Assembly: GCA_024235735.1 (NCBI GenBank)
Contig: JACKLU010000009.1
Span: 24,667-88,666 of the forward strand
Length of the DNA stretch: 64,000 bases
Source: Burkholderiales bacterium
GTDB taxonomy: Bacteria; Pseudomonadota; Gammaproteobacteria; Burkholderiales; Nitrosomonadaceae
Direction: 5' to 3'
This document shows positions 17,834 to 28,690 of this stretch, piece after piece. Within the stretch, counting starts at the first letter, position 1. Each line of letters opens with the position of its first letter. Position numbers and translations under genes: made by a program. The notes under the pieces are model-generated. The model was not told where the DNA came from. It saw only the letters and a program-made list of their open reading frames with translations, and searched no databases.

Positions 17834-20497
17834 TCAAGTAACTGAAGTCTTGTTGTTTTCCAGCGAGTGCAGCAGTGCTGGCAGAATAATCAGCACACAG
17901 ACGAGTGTCAATATAACACCCGCCAGCAGCAACAATCCCATGCTTGCCGTACCTTGATGCTGTGAAAAAATCAGGCTGCCGAAACCGGCCATTGTCGTTA
18001 AAGCGCTGTAGAAGATGGCGCGGGCTGTGCTGGTATGTAGCAGATTTTCGTAAGCTTCGCCGGTACTGCGGCCTCTGTGAACCATATGCACACTGCAATC
18101 AATGCCGATGCCAAGGATGAGCGGCAGGGCGATCACATTGGCAAAATTAAAGGGTATGCCGAGTAGAACGGTGCTGGCGCCGGTAAACAAAGCTGCCAGC
18201 AATAATGGAATTAATACCAGCGCCGTTGATTTAACGCTCTTGAGCAGTACCAGAAGTGCGGTAATTACGCCGATCAGCGCCAAAGAGAATGCATGAATAA
18301 ATGCATTCACAACCGCCTCTCCGGCTTCCAGACTGATGACCGGCACACCGGTTGCACCCGGCGTTATTTGCTGTACGGCGCGCACAAAGCGAGTCAGGGC
18401 ATCATTGTCATCAATGTTTTCAGCCGGATAAATTGCGATGCGAAAAATATGATTATCGCTGAGCCAATGCGTTTTGACGGATTCAGGTATGTTTTTCCTG
18501 TCGAAAGGCTCAGCCTGTAAGGCAGTTTGCAGTCGATGGATAGATTCCGGCAGAAGGTGCAGCAGATCATGCGTTACAGCGGATAACAGTTGTACCTGCA
18601 TTTCGTGATCTTGAGTTTGGTCAAGCCGTGTCAGCAGTCTGGACAGCGATGCATGCAGGGCATGCGCCTTATTTATCGCGGCATGTGAGGGCTGCTCATT
18701 GACCAGCCGATCCAAAGCCAGTTGCAGTTCCTGCAAGGCAGTTCGCTGCGCGTTGACATCAATTGCTTTTTGCGCCACTGGCGCAAATGTTATCGGACCG
18801 AGCGTCATCGCCATTTCTTCTATGAGCGCCATTTTTTCGTCCTGATGATCCGGTACCATGTCGAGCAATGTCACCACTTTGTCGACTTCAGGCAAGGCGG
18901 CGAGTTGTTGTACAAGCTGTTCGACGTCAGTCTGGTCGTCTTCCAGCGCGATAATATGCCAAGGCGAATCATCGGCATTTTTCAGCAAGTCACGGAAAGT
19001 CTCTACCGATTCGACGCGCGGATCGTTCAGATTGAGCAAGTTGTAGTCGAAGCGAATGTACGGTAAGGCCAGCAGGGATAGTAAAGCGGCAAAGAGAGTT
19101 AGGGTATAGACTGTTCTGCGCGAGTGCCCAGGCCATTCCAGCATGCGATGAACGGGTTCTATGATGATGAGTGGTTTGATTGTTCGAATTGGAAAATAAC
19201 GCTGTAACGCGGGTGCTACGGTCAGTGTTACCAATAGACTGATGATCATTCCCGAGCCCGAGATTAAACCAAGTTCGGCTACGCCGTCATACGTTGTCGG
19301 CATGAAAGCATAAAACCCGATTGCGGTGGTTATCGCGCAAACCATTAAAGCGCGACCAATATCGCCGCTGGCCTTCGGTAATGTGTCCGTTACTGGCAAA
19401 CCGGTTCGGCGGACTTCTTCATGCCGCAATAAGAAATGGATGGCATAATCCACGCCAAGGCCAATATAAAGCACGGCAAAAGCGATGGATATCAGATTCA
19501 GATGGCCGACTGCAAAAGTGGCAAACGCGGCTGTCAGCAGCAATCCAAGAATAAGGCTGAACAATACGGTCATGATCGCACCAAAGGTACGCAGCGCGAT
19601 CAGCAACACCGCAATGACCAGTACAAGCGCAAGTATGCCGGCATCCTGTGCGCCGCGCATCGCGCTGTGCAGCTCGTCGTAAGCCAGTGCTGCTTCACCG
19701 GTAATACGCAGTTTTACGGATGACTCTGTGGTGATGCCAAGATTGCCGGCGGCTTCGCGGATAGCGTTCATCGGCTGTTCTGCGGCGAATAATTGAGCGT
19801 AATCGAGCTTCGGTCGTGTCAGAATGATTTCCTGATAGCGGTCAGCCTGTTGTTCGCCATCGAGTAATATTTGCCATGACAACGCGCGTGGCGTGTTCGC
19901 AAGTTGTGCATCCAGCGTCGAACTGACGCCGCTGAAAACGGCGCCCAGATCCAGATTTCTCCCGCGGATCATTTCATCGGCCGCTTCTGTCAACACAGAT
20001 GCAAAAGTATCCAAAGCTGGATTTTCCGATAGGCGCGCGATCAGTGGCTGTGCGGCTGCAAGGCGATCGGTGATTTTTTCAAGCTCGGCAATATCCTTGA
20101 AAAGCAGGCCGTTCTGCTCAAAGAAGGCGTCACCGCTCAGATAGTTAGTTTCATAAAAATGCGCGCCATCATTGTGCAGATATTCACTGAGTTGCTTCGC
20201 GGCAGCATGCGCCTGCTCGGGTGTTGGCGCTTCGACAACCAGAAGAAACGCGTCTTCAAACTGCGGAAATGCTTCTTTATAACGCTTGTGGTTGACACGG
20301 AAGGGTACTTCTTCGGATAACATATCTGTCGTGTCGGTATGTATGCCCAGATTATTCGAGGTATATACAACGCTGGCGACAGCAATGATGATGCTTAATA
20401 AAATGATCCAGATTGCTTTTTCATAGGAGAAAGCCGCCCAGCGCGCAAAGAAGCGATAGTCTGCGCCATGTGTAGTGTCCACAAAAATTCCTTTCAA
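17834..20497 (-). CDS. hpnN: Hopanoid-associated RND/MMPL transporter
   Basis: Two MMPL halves (GLGVDYAIH, GIGIDCSVH); adjacent to hpnM/hpnB/hpnH. Confidence 0.85.
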   Translation of the reverse strand: MKGIFVDTTHGADYRFFARWAAFSYEKAIWIILLSIIIAVASVVYTSNNLGIHTDTTDMLSEEVPFRVNHKRYKEAFPQFEDAFLLVVEAPTPEQAHAAAKQLSEYLHNDGAHFYETNYLSGDAFFEQNGLLFKDIAELEKITDRLAAAQPLIARLSENPALDTFASVLTEAADEMIRGRNLDLGAVFSGVSSTLDAQLANTPRALSWQILLDGEQQADRYQEIILTRPKLDYAQLFAAEQPMNAIREAAGNLGITTESSVKLRITGEAALAYDELHSAMRGAQDAGILALVLVIAVLLIALRTFGAIMTVLFSLILGLLLTAAFATFAVGHLNLISIAFAVLYIGLGVDYAIHFLLRHEEVRRTGLPVTDTLPKASGDIGRALMVCAITTAIGFYAFMPTTYDGVAELGLISGSGMIISLLVTLTVAPALQRYFPIRTIKPLIIIEPVHRMLEWPGHSRRTVYTLTLFAALLSLLALPYIRFDYNLLNLNDPRVESVETFRDLLKNADDSPWHIIALEDDQTDVEQLVQQLAALPEVDKVVTLLDMVPDHQDEKMALIEEMAMTLGPITFAPVAQKAIDVNAQRTALQELQLALDRLVNEQPSHAAINKAHALHASLSRLLTRLDQTQDHEMQVQLLSAVTHDLLHLLPESIHRLQTALQAEPFDRKNIPESVKTHWLSDNHIFRIAIYPAENIDDNDALTRFVRAVQQITPGATGVPVISLEAGEAVVNAFIHAFSLALIGVITALLVLLKSVKSTALVLIPLLLAALFTGASTVLLGIPFNFANVIALPLILGIGIDCSVHMVHRGRSTGEAYENLLHTSTARAIFYSALTTMAGFGSLIFSQHQGTASMGLLLLAGVILTLVCVLIILPALLHSLENNKTSVT

Positions 20498-20554
20498 GCG
20501 ATAAAAGAGCAGAAACTGAGTATGTAATTTGCTGTTTGGACTGTATTGAGATGC

Positions 20555-21205
20555 TTATTCGGTGTGTTCTGCTTCGGCTATCTTGACTTGCAGCATGTCG
20601 ATGAGTGATTGGAATCCATCGCGTTGCATGATTGACCGGTATTCGCTGCGTTTTATTGCCAGATCACTGACACCATCAAACAGGATGTTAATGATCATCC
20701 ATTTTCCATCGGTATGGTGCAGTACATAATCAAAATTAACGATATCGCCATTATTTTGTATGAGCTGACTGCGCACCAGTTTTTGTTCGCGCGGCAAATC
20801 GCGCTGCTCGATAAAATTGAATTGCTCGCCGTCATACTGTTTAAACTGTCCGGCATAGGTCACGATGCTGAGTTGGCGGAATGTTTCAATGATTGAATCG
20901 TGCTGTTCCTGATTTAGCGTGTTCCACAGCGTTGCACCAATAATTGTCTTGATGATCAGATCAATATCATGCGTTCGCTTGACTACGGGGGTCAGAAATT
21001 CCACGCGACCGGAGAAGCCCAGTTGCGCGCCATTACGCATGGATTGTAATAATGACTGCTGAAGATCATATACTGCTGCGTAAGCACTATCCGGCTCTGG
21101 TTCTTGCGCGTTCGCGATTTTAATGACCGAAATGAATGGCAGAAGAATAATGCTGATCAGAATCAACATCCACGGTAATTGTTTAATGATCTGTTTTGCT
21201 TTCAT
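20555..21205 (-). CDS. hpnM: HpnM / MlaC (Ttg2)-family periplasmic lipid-binding protein
   Basis: VNFDYVLH...WMIINILFDGVSDLAIKRSEYRSI. The start position is uncertain. Confidence 0.8.
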   Translation of the reverse strand: MKAKQIIKQLPWMLILISIILLPFISVIKIANAQEPEPDSAYAAVYDLQQSLLQSMRNGAQLGFSGRVEFLTPVVKRTHDIDLIIKTIIGATLWNTLNQEQHDSIIETFRQLSIVTYAGQFKQYDGEQFNFIEQRDLPREQKLVRSQLIQNNGDIVNFDYVLHHTDGKWMIINILFDGVSDLAIKRSEYRSIMQRDGFQSLIDMLQVKIAEAEHTE

Positions 21206-22325
21206 AGTGACGATCTTTCCAGCGCGCACGCTCTCCCCGCCAGTAGCGTATTGCAGACGTCCATGTCATGGCAAGATACAGTGCGCCAGTAAAAGGGAGT
21301 GCAAAAGTCCATAAGGGGGAACGGCGGTAATATTTTAAGGTTGGTTTGTAGGCATAAAACATTGCTGCACAGGCAATCAGACTGATCATATAAGTTTTCG
21401 GATCAGGCGGCAATAAGAACGCAAAAGGTGCAAGCCAGAACATCGAGAGCATGATAACCGTGCACAATAGTAATAAAAACAGTGAGTAATTGAGTTGGGT
21501 ATAAGCTGTACGCGCAACCATTTCCCAAATTGGTTCGAGTCCTTGATAACCGCGATGGCTGCGCGCGGCATGACTCAGTCCCAACCAGATATTCTTGCCG
21601 GAATGTTTGATGCGCGCGGCCAGCGTGCAATCGTCAATGAGTGCATCATGCAGACTGCTGAAGGCACTGACAGAGCGCAACGCCTGGGTTTCGACCAGTA
21701 TGCATCCTCCTGCGGCAGCGGCCATTCGTGAATCCGGTTTGTTGGTCAGACCAAAGGGATAAAGCAGTTTGAAAAAAAAGATAAATGCGGGCATTAACAT
21801 GCGTTCAACAAGGGTATCCATCGGTGGCATCGCCATTAGCGATACCATTGAACGGTTTTCAGTTAACACCTTATTTTTTAGTGTTGGGATAATGCCTTGT
21901 GATAATGTGATATCCGCATCGAGCAGCAGTGTATAGGGCGTAGTGACATGTTTCAAACCTTGCTCGAGCGCCCAGAGTTTGCCGCTCCATCCCGTCGGCG
22001 GCGTGGTTCCTGCTATCACCTGTGCGCCTTTTAGGCGGGCAAGTTGTGCGGTTTCATCGGTTGATTGATCATCGATTACGATAACTTGTAAGCCTTCGCC
22101 TTGTAGCTTTAAACCGTCGAGTGTGTGTTGAATATAAGATGCTTCATTACGTGCCGGAATTAGCACCGTGACGTCGTTTAAATTTTGGTTAAGCTGATGC
22201 CCAAAATCGGGTTCAATCTGTTCTCGCGTGCTGATCGGTTGCCACGGAAGTAACAGAAGGGACAGCCAGCAGACTGTCCCGAAAGCGCCGCCATACATGA
22301 CGCTGTATAGTAACAATTCAGCCAT
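21183..22325 (-). CDS. hpnB: Hopene-associated GT2 glycosyltransferase
   Basis: IPARNEA, DDQSTD, GWSGKLWAL, LDAD, AAAGGCILV, LIDDC, WEMVARTAYTQL. Confidence 0.85.
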   Translation of the reverse strand: MAELLLYSVMYGGAFGTVCWLSLLLLPWQPISTREQIEPDFGHQLNQNLNDVTVLIPARNEASYIQHTLDGLKLQGEGLQVIVIDDQSTDETAQLARLKGAQVIAGTTPPTGWSGKLWALEQGLKHVTTPYTLLLDADITLSQGIIPTLKNKVLTENRSMVSLMAMPPMDTLVERMLMPAFIFFFKLLYPFGLTNKPDSRMAAAAGGCILVETQALRSVSAFSSLHDALIDDCTLAARIKHSGKNIWLGLSHAARSHRGYQGLEPIWEMVARTAYTQLNYSLFLLLLCTVIMLSMFWLAPFAFLLPPDPKTYMISLIACAAMFYAYKPTLKYYRRSPLWTFALPFTGALYLAMTWTSAIRYWRGERARWKDRHYESKTDH

Positions 22326-22382
22326 TACATTTTATGTGGTCCATGCCGATCATCCAGTGATACCGCAGGGAAGTAAGTTCGA

Positions 22383-23507
22383 TTATTTGTTGGTATTAGA
22401 AATGGTAACAGGAATATCAGCGAGTTTATTTGCTTTTTTGCCTTCATTGACCGCCCATTTTGGTATGGGCTCAGCGACCATTTCTCCCGTTGTTTTGGGG
22501 CCTTTCACAGACATCACAAAGGCTTTCCAAGGGTTATGTAACGTATCTTCCACAGCGGTTGCTTCATAGCCGCAGTGCGCCATGCACTGCGCGCATTTAG
22601 GATTGTTGGCGTTGCCGTACTTTTCCCATGGTGTGGTGTCGAGCAATTCCTGAAAAGTTTTGACGTAACCTTCGTCGGACAGCAGGTAACATGGCTTCTG
22701 CCAGCCGAATACATTGCGTGTCGGATTTCCCCATGGTGTGCACTTGTAATCCTGATTACCTGCCAGAAAATCCAGATAAAGCGCAGAATGATTGAGCCGC
22801 CATTTGCGCTTCAGTTTTTTACCCAATTCAAAAATGCCCCGGAATAGCCGTTTGGTATCCGCGCCTTTGATGAAGACATCCTGTCTGGGTGCGTGTTCAT
22901 AGCTGAACCCCGGTGCGATTGTGACACCCTCCACGCCCAATTCGGTTACATAATCCAGAAACTCGGCGACATCCTCTGGTGTTTCTCCTTGAAACAGGGT
23001 GCAGTTAACGGTCACGCGAAAGCCTCTATCCAAGGCTAATTTGATAGCTTCAACCGCGCGCTCAAAAACACCTTCTTGGCATACCGAAGCATCATGGCGC
23101 TCTTTCATACCGTCGAGATGCACCGAGAAAGTCAGATACGGCGAAGGCGAGTAATCACCCATACGCTTCTTGAGCAGCAGCGCGTTTGTGCAAAGATAAA
23201 CATACTTTTTGCGCTTGATGATTCCTTCAACAATGCGCGGCATGTCTTTATGCAGCAGCGGTTCTCCGCCGGGGATTGAAACCATGGGAGCGCCGCATTC
23301 ATCGACTGCCTGCATGCATTCTTCATATGAAAGGCGCTTGTCCAGAATTTCTTCGGGATGTGCAATTTTTCCGCAGCCGGCGCATGCCAGATTGCAGCGA
23401 AACAACGGCTCCAGCATCAGTACTAAAGGGTATTTTTTAACACCTTTAATTTTTTGTTTGATCAGATAGCTACCAACGGCAATCTGTTGGCGTAATGGAA
23501 CTCCCAT
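22383..23507 (-). CDS. hpnH: Adenosylhopane synthase, radical SAM
   Basis: LMLEPLFRCNLACAGCGK, C-terminal CAQCMAHCGYE; GGAGG SD before ATG at 23507. Confidence 0.93.
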   Translation of the reverse strand: MGVPLRQQIAVGSYLIKQKIKGVKKYPLVLMLEPLFRCNLACAGCGKIAHPEEILDKRLSYEECMQAVDECGAPMVSIPGGEPLLHKDMPRIVEGIIKRKKYVYLCTNALLLKKRMGDYSPSPYLTFSVHLDGMKERHDASVCQEGVFERAVEAIKLALDRGFRVTVNCTLFQGETPEDVAEFLDYVTELGVEGVTIAPGFSYEHAPRQDVFIKGADTKRLFRGIFELGKKLKRKWRLNHSALYLDFLAGNQDYKCTPWGNPTRNVFGWQKPCYLLSDEGYVKTFQELLDTTPWEKYGNANNPKCAQCMAHCGYEATAVEDTLHNPWKAFVMSVKGPKTTGEMVAEPIPKWAVNEGKKANKLADIPVTISNTNK

Positions 23508-23954
23508 GGTTAAAACCTCCAAAATACTTCATTAAACGACGAATTGATTTTTTTGTTCAGAGTTGATGGCGTGTAGCGAGTTGCAGCCAGAGTCAAAATT
23601 ATATTCAATTCGTTAAAACTGTTTCGGGTCTGTAAATGCTGAAAGAGTGACGTAGATTTGATCCATTGCTTTTCTTGTTGTGCTTGTGGATTTATTGTGA
23701 AGGCAATGGATCTTGTTTTTTTGCGGTTTCAGTCAGCAATATAATTCATTATACAGTTTATTGACAGTGGTGATATTGATCGGTACCGGATCTCTTTTTC
23801 GTTTTGTATGAAAACAACAGTGTTCGTATTTTTGAAAAAATATGCGGTATGTTTGGCAATATCAGCTGTCTCGGCTTCTGTTGCACGCCAGGAGACACCA
23901 AAAGAAATAATCAGGACTCCTGGCTGAATAAGGTGTTGTACTGATTGGGAATTT

Positions 23955-24581
23955 TTAGTAATCCACACCAAGTGCGCGAAGAGTCTCTTTGGTTAATTCT
24001 CCGGAAGCCAGATTATTGTTCTGTTGAAAGCTTTTTAAAGCTGCCAAAGTTCTGGGGCCACTGACTCCGTCGGCTGGTCCGGGTTTATAGCCGGCATTTG
24101 CAAGCGCCTGCTGCACCTTGCGAATCAGATTGGGTGTGGCTGCGACAACTTCGTCAGCATCATCAATGATTTCGGCAACTGCCGCGCTGGCATCTTCCCT
24201 AAAATCAACGATAGTCTCTTGTGTTGTTGTAATGCTGTCTTCAAGGGCGCTTATCATGGTATCCGCGGATTCATTGACAGCTTCTTCAGCTGCGTCAAGA
24301 CCTTCGTCAACTGATTCTGAGAATCCATCAAGAACACCTTCCATCGATGCAATTTCATTCTCTGAGTCGAAATCACCAAATGTTTTTATTTCTTCTACAT
24401 TTTCCAGACTGGTTAATGGCTCAGGCGCAATGACAGTCTCTCCAATTTCTTTGGTATTCATTCCGACTTGTCCATTTTCCGTCGAATCTGTGTTTTCCCC
24501 ATTGCCGCATCCCGATAAAAGAACAACAGCTAACAAGAAAACAACTCCCGTTGATAAGCTTCTAATTTCAAGTGATTTCAT
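23955..24581 (-). CDS. Acidic lipoprotein with C-terminal peptidoglycan-binding domain
   Basis: GGAGG SD; lipobox LLSGC; PG_binding_1-like IRKVQQALANAGYKPGPADGVSGPRTLAALKSFQ. Confidence 0.8.
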   Translation of the reverse strand: MKSLEIRSLSTGVVFLLAVVLLSGCGNGENTDSTENGQVGMNTKEIGETVIAPEPLTSLENVEEIKTFGDFDSENEIASMEGVLDGFSESVDEGLDAAEEAVNESADTMISALEDSITTTQETIVDFREDASAAVAEIIDDADEVVAATPNLIRKVQQALANAGYKPGPADGVSGPRTLAALKSFQQNNNLASGELTKETLRALGVDY

Positions 24582-25100
24582 TGATACATCCTCCGTAAGT
24601 TTGGAAATAACATCTTCAACCGCCACCATGATAATAATAGCTGAGACTTTTGCAAAACTCTATTTCATGAAATTTGAAATAACGAAAATAATGGGTTAAT
24701 TAAATTTAAAAAGACTTGGATTTAAGTAATAAGAGCAATTAATTTCCGGCAAATGCAAGGAATACAGTCGTTATTGTAAAAATACACGACTTTCGTTCAT
24801 AGATATTTTGATACTTGAATTGTGCGAGTGTTTTAATAAATGTAGATGAACATCGCCATTAAAAGTGAAAGTAATACACTCTTATTTATAGACTAATATT
24901 ACAGGGTTTCTCTAAAAATCCAGATTTTTCTACGACACTTTGTTGTTCAAAAAATGTTTTCTTACATATCAATTATATGCTGAGTCAATACTCATAGTCT
25001 TGTTATGTGCCTCAAAATTGAGAAAATCTGCGATCGTTCTTCCACACGGCTTGCTACGATTGCTTGAGTCAGACAAACTCCCAATCTATATGTATATCAT

Positions 25101-25241
25101 GAGATCTTTGCACGGCTACTACGCGGCACGATAATTGCGTTAAAAATTTGCGAAAAATGCTTATTTACCCCGTGTAAACTCCGCTTTTTCGCAAATTTTT
25201 GCCTTATTCTCGTACCGCTCATGACGCCGTGCAAAGGTCTC
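25101..25241. mobile_element. 141-bp MITE, copy 2
   Basis: TIR GAGATCTTTGCACGG/CCGTGCAAAGGTCTC; 5-bp TSD ATCAT (25096-25100, 25242-25246); 6 substitutions versus copy 1 by manual alignment. Confidence 0.92.
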
Positions 25242-25362
25242 ATCATAATTGACAGTGATGTATTTTTCCGCTGAAAAATGCTGAAAGCAGAGTTATAAAA
25301 AAACAAATTTTGAGGTACGATGCTTAGCCTATTTGTGAGCCTTACTTACTTGTGAATATCTA

Positions 25363-26184
25363 ATGCGTCGAATTACTATTGCAAAAAAGCCGCTTATTAT
25401 GGGGGTGATTAACATTACTCCGGATTCCTTCTCAGACGGCGGTAAATTTTTCTCGACTGATGCTGCGCTGCAACAAGCAAAAAAACTTATCGATGAAGGC
25501 GCTGATATTCTGGATATTGGTGGTGAATCCACTCGGCCTGGCAGTGTATCGGTTGAGGTTGACGAAGAAATGAGGCGCGTATCGCCATTACTGGAAATGC
25601 TGGTTAAAGAAAACATACCGGTTTCGGTTGATACTTCCAAGCCCGAAATCATGCAATACGCTATAACTGCGGGAGCAGCCATGATCAATGATGTAAATGC
25701 TTTGCGCGCTCCCGGTGCTTTGGAAGCGATAGCGGCAAGTGACTCGGTTGCAGTGTGTATGATGCATATGCAGGGTAAACCGTCCAGTATGCAGGATAAT
25801 CCAGAGTACGTTAACATTATCGATGAAGTGATGACTTTCCTTAGTGAACGCATTCAGGCTGGAATGGCGCACAGCATAACGCGTGACCGCATAATTATTG
25901 ATCCCGGTTTTGGTTTTGGTAAAACTTTGCAGCATAATCTTCAACTGTTGAGAAATCTGAAACAATTTAGTCGGCTTGGAGTTCCCGTTATGGCTGGAAT
26001 TTCACGAAAATCAATGCTTGGGATGATAACCGGAAATCCGGTCGATCAGCGCGTACACGAAAGCGTAGCAGCTGCTATGCTTGCTGTAATGAATGGTGTG
26101 AACATAGTGCGAGTGCACGATGTAAAGGCAACTCGGGACGCATTGGCAGTTTATCATGCCATGCAAGATGCGGATATGGGATAA
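25363..26184 (+). CDS. folP: Dihydropteroate synthase
   Basis: MGVINITPDSFSDGG, DIGGESTRPG, SVDT, DPGFGFGK, SRKS, VRVHDV. Confidence 0.96.
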   Translation: MRRITIAKKPLIMGVINITPDSFSDGGKFFSTDAALQQAKKLIDEGADILDIGGESTRPGSVSVEVDEEMRRVSPLLEMLVKENIPVSVDTSKPEIMQYAITAGAAMINDVNALRAPGALEAIAASDSVAVCMMHMQGKPSSMQDNPEYVNIIDEVMTFLSERIQAGMAHSITRDRIIIDPGFGFGKTLQHNLQLLRNLKQFSRLGVPVMAGISRKSMLGMITGNPVDQRVHESVAAAMLAVMNGVNIVRVHDVKATRDALAVYHAMQDADMG

Positions 26185-26193
26185 ATTATTGCA

Positions 26194-27576
26194 TTGAAGG
26201 ATAAGACATTGGGAAAAAAGCTTTTTGGTACTGATGGCATCAGGGGGCGGGTGGGTGAAAATCCGATTACTCCCGAAAAAATTTTACATCTCGGCTATTC
26301 TGCGGGAAAGGTATTTATTGCCATGGATTGGCATCTTAAAAAAGGTGAGCGCCCTGTTGTGCTGATAGGAAAAGATACGCGTGTATCGGGCTATATGCTG
26401 GAATCCGCACTGGAGGCCGGGTTATCGGCGGCTGGTGTCGATGTACTTTTGTCAGGACCCATGCCAACGTCAGCGATTGCTTATCTGATCCGGGCGCTTA
26501 GATTGCAGGCCGGTATTGTTATTTCAGCATCACATAATTTGTTTGAAGACAATGGCCTCAAATTTTTCTCGCAAGACGGTGTCAAGCTGCCGGATGAAAT
26601 AGAGGCGCGTATTGAGTCCGGGATAGAATCACCAATCAAAACCATGCCTTCCGCTCAGTTGGGGAAGGTGCAGCGAATTAAGGATGCGAGTGGACGCTAT
26701 ATAGAGTTTTGTAAGAGCACTTTTCCGTATCAGCTTGATTTGAGAGGGTTGCGTATTGTTGTTGATTGCGCGCACGGTGCGACCTATCACATTGCTGGGC
26801 ATGTATTCCACGAACTTGGGGCAGAAGTTATTACCATTGGAGTTGAACCTAATGGTCTGAATATAAACTATGAATGCGGTGCGACACATTGTGCTGCGCT
26901 GCAGGATGCAGTTAAATTACATCGGGCTGACTTGGGTATAGCGCTTGATGGTGATGGTGATCGAGTAATCATGGTTGATGAATACGGTACATTATTCGAT
27001 GGCGATCAGTTGGTTTATATTATTGCTAAACATCGGTTTCAACAAGGAAATCTCAAAGGTGGAGTCGTTGGTACGTTAATGACTAATCTGGCTATTGAGA
27101 ATGGTTTGAAGCATCTATCAATTCCGTTTCTGCGCGCGAAGGTCGGAGATCGCTATGTAATGGAGAAGTTGTGCGAGAAAGATTGGTATCTGGGGGGCGA
27201 AAGCTCCGGACACATCATTTGCAGGGATAAGCACACTACTGGAGACGGTATTATTTCTGCTCTGCAGGTTTTGTATGCCTTACGCGATAATAATCAGACA
27301 CTTTCTGAATTGTTGAAAGAAATTAGGTTATACCCGCAACGGTTAATTAATGTAAAAGTAAATCGATCGTTTAAATTCAGTGAAGACAGTTTGATTCAAA
27401 ATGTGATTAGAGAGGCCGAGCTGGATTTGAATACGAAGGGTCGTGTACTGCTGCGCGCATCGGGTACCGAGCCTGTGATTAGAGTGATGGTTGAAGGAGA
27501 ATCTGATCAGAAAGTGAATTTTTGGGCGAATCGGATAGCTGACGTTGTTCAGAAAAACTGCAGTATCTCGGATTAG
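26194..27576 (+). CDS. glmM: Phosphoglucosamine mutase
   Basis: [34 protein letters not shown]; follows folP. Confidence 0.96.
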   Translation: MKDKTLGKKLFGTDGIRGRVGENPITPEKILHLGYSAGKVFIAMDWHLKKGERPVVLIGKDTRVSGYMLESALEAGLSAAGVDVLLSGPMPTSAIAYLIRALRLQAGIVISASHNLFEDNGLKFFSQDGVKLPDEIEARIESGIESPIKTMPSAQLGKVQRIKDASGRYIEFCKSTFPYQLDLRGLRIVVDCAHGATYHIAGHVFHELGAEVITIGVEPNGLNINYECGATHCAALQDAVKLHRADLGIALDGDGDRVIMVDEYGTLFDGDQLVYIIAKHRFQQGNLKGGVVGTLMTNLAIENGLKHLSIPFLRAKVGDRYVMEKLCEKDWYLGGESSGHIICRDKHTTGDGIISALQVLYALRDNNQTLSELLKEIRLYPQRLINVKVNRSFKFSEDSLIQNVIREAELDLNTKGRVLLRASGTEPVIRVMVEGESDQKVNFWANRIADVVQKNCSISD

Positions 27577-27600
27577 ATTTTTCGGTGTATATGAAAAGGT

Positions 27601-27634
27601 TTGTCATTAAAATGTAACAAATTTGTCATACAAT
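27601..27634 (+). promoter_or_regulatory. PHO box (three 11-bp-spaced half-sites) and -10 element of pstS
   Basis: TTGTCAT-taaa-ATGTAAC-aaat-TTGTCAT followed by TACAAT (27629-27634). Confidence 0.8.
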
Positions 27635-27677
27635 GCGCCCACTGATTGAAAGTCTAATCTTTGGAGAGTGAATAGAG

Positions 27678-28682
27678 ATGTTTAAATTGTTAAGTAAGAA
27701 ATTAACCGGAATCGGTGTTACTTTAGGTTCGTTTGTTTTTTGTTTTAATTTGGCGCATTCCAGTCCCATTGTCAGAATAGACGGCTCGAGTACTGTTTAT
27801 CCGATTACTGAAGCTGTTGCGGAAGATTTTCAAATTGCAAAACGCGGTACAGTACGTGTTACCGTAGGCATTTCCGGCACCGGTGGCGGGTTCAAAAAAT
27901 TCTGCCGTGGTGAGTTGGATATCGTCAATGCCTCTCGCCCAATCACTGAGCTGGAAATGGAATCTTGCAGAAAAACCGGGGTGCAATATGTTGAAATGCC
28001 TATCGCGATCGATGCGTTGACGGTTGTCGTGAACCCACGAAATACGTGGAGTAGAGCCATGACTGTTGATGAACTCAGGCAATTCTGGGAGCCAGCCGCA
28101 CAAGGTAGAATAAACAATTGGAATCAGGTCAATCCTGCATGGCCGAACGAGAGAATCAAATTGTTTGGACCCGGCGCGGATTCCGGGACCTTCGAGTATT
28201 TTACCGAAGCAATAGTTGGGCGGGCAAAATCCAGTCGGGGTGATTTTACGGCGTCTGAGGATGATAATGTTCTGGTGCAGGGTGTGGCCAGTGATATGTA
28301 TGCATTGGGTTTTTTTGGATTTGCCTATTATATTGAGAATAGTCGACGCGTGAATGCGGTCGCAATAGATAGTGGCAGCGGTGGAGTATTGCCATCAGCG
28401 CATACTGTGAAAGATGGAAGTTATCAGCCATTATCTCGACCGGTATTTATTTATGTAAATGCGCGTTCGACGACGAAGTCTGAAGTACGCGATTTTGTTA
28501 AATTTTTTATGGATAACGCAGTCGAGTTAGTATCTGAGGTAAAGTATTTTCCACTCTCGCTTAATGTCTATAAGTTGAATCTTGAAAATATGGAAAAAAA
28601 TAAATTGGGCAGCGTATTTGCTGGTCAATCAGAAGTGAACGTTAATATTGAGGAAGTAATGAAGCATGATGCGCGATTATAA
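27678..28682 (+). CDS. pstS: Phosphate ABC transporter substrate-binding protein
   Basis: IDGSSTVYPI, SGTGGGFKKFC, DSGTFEYF, YQPLSRPVFIYVN; PHO box upstream. Confidence 0.93.
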   Translation: MFKLLSKKLTGIGVTLGSFVFCFNLAHSSPIVRIDGSSTVYPITEAVAEDFQIAKRGTVRVTVGISGTGGGFKKFCRGELDIVNASRPITELEMESCRKTGVQYVEMPIAIDALTVVVNPRNTWSRAMTVDELRQFWEPAAQGRINNWNQVNPAWPNERIKLFGPGADSGTFEYFTEAIVGRAKSSRGDFTASEDDNVLVQGVASDMYALGFFGFAYYIENSRRVNAVAIDSGSGGVLPSAHTVKDGSYQPLSRPVFIYVNARSTTKSEVRDFVKFFMDNAVELVSEVKYFPLSLNVYKLNLENMEKNKLGSVFAGQSEVNVNIEEVMKHDARL

Positions 28683-28690
28683 TGAGATAA

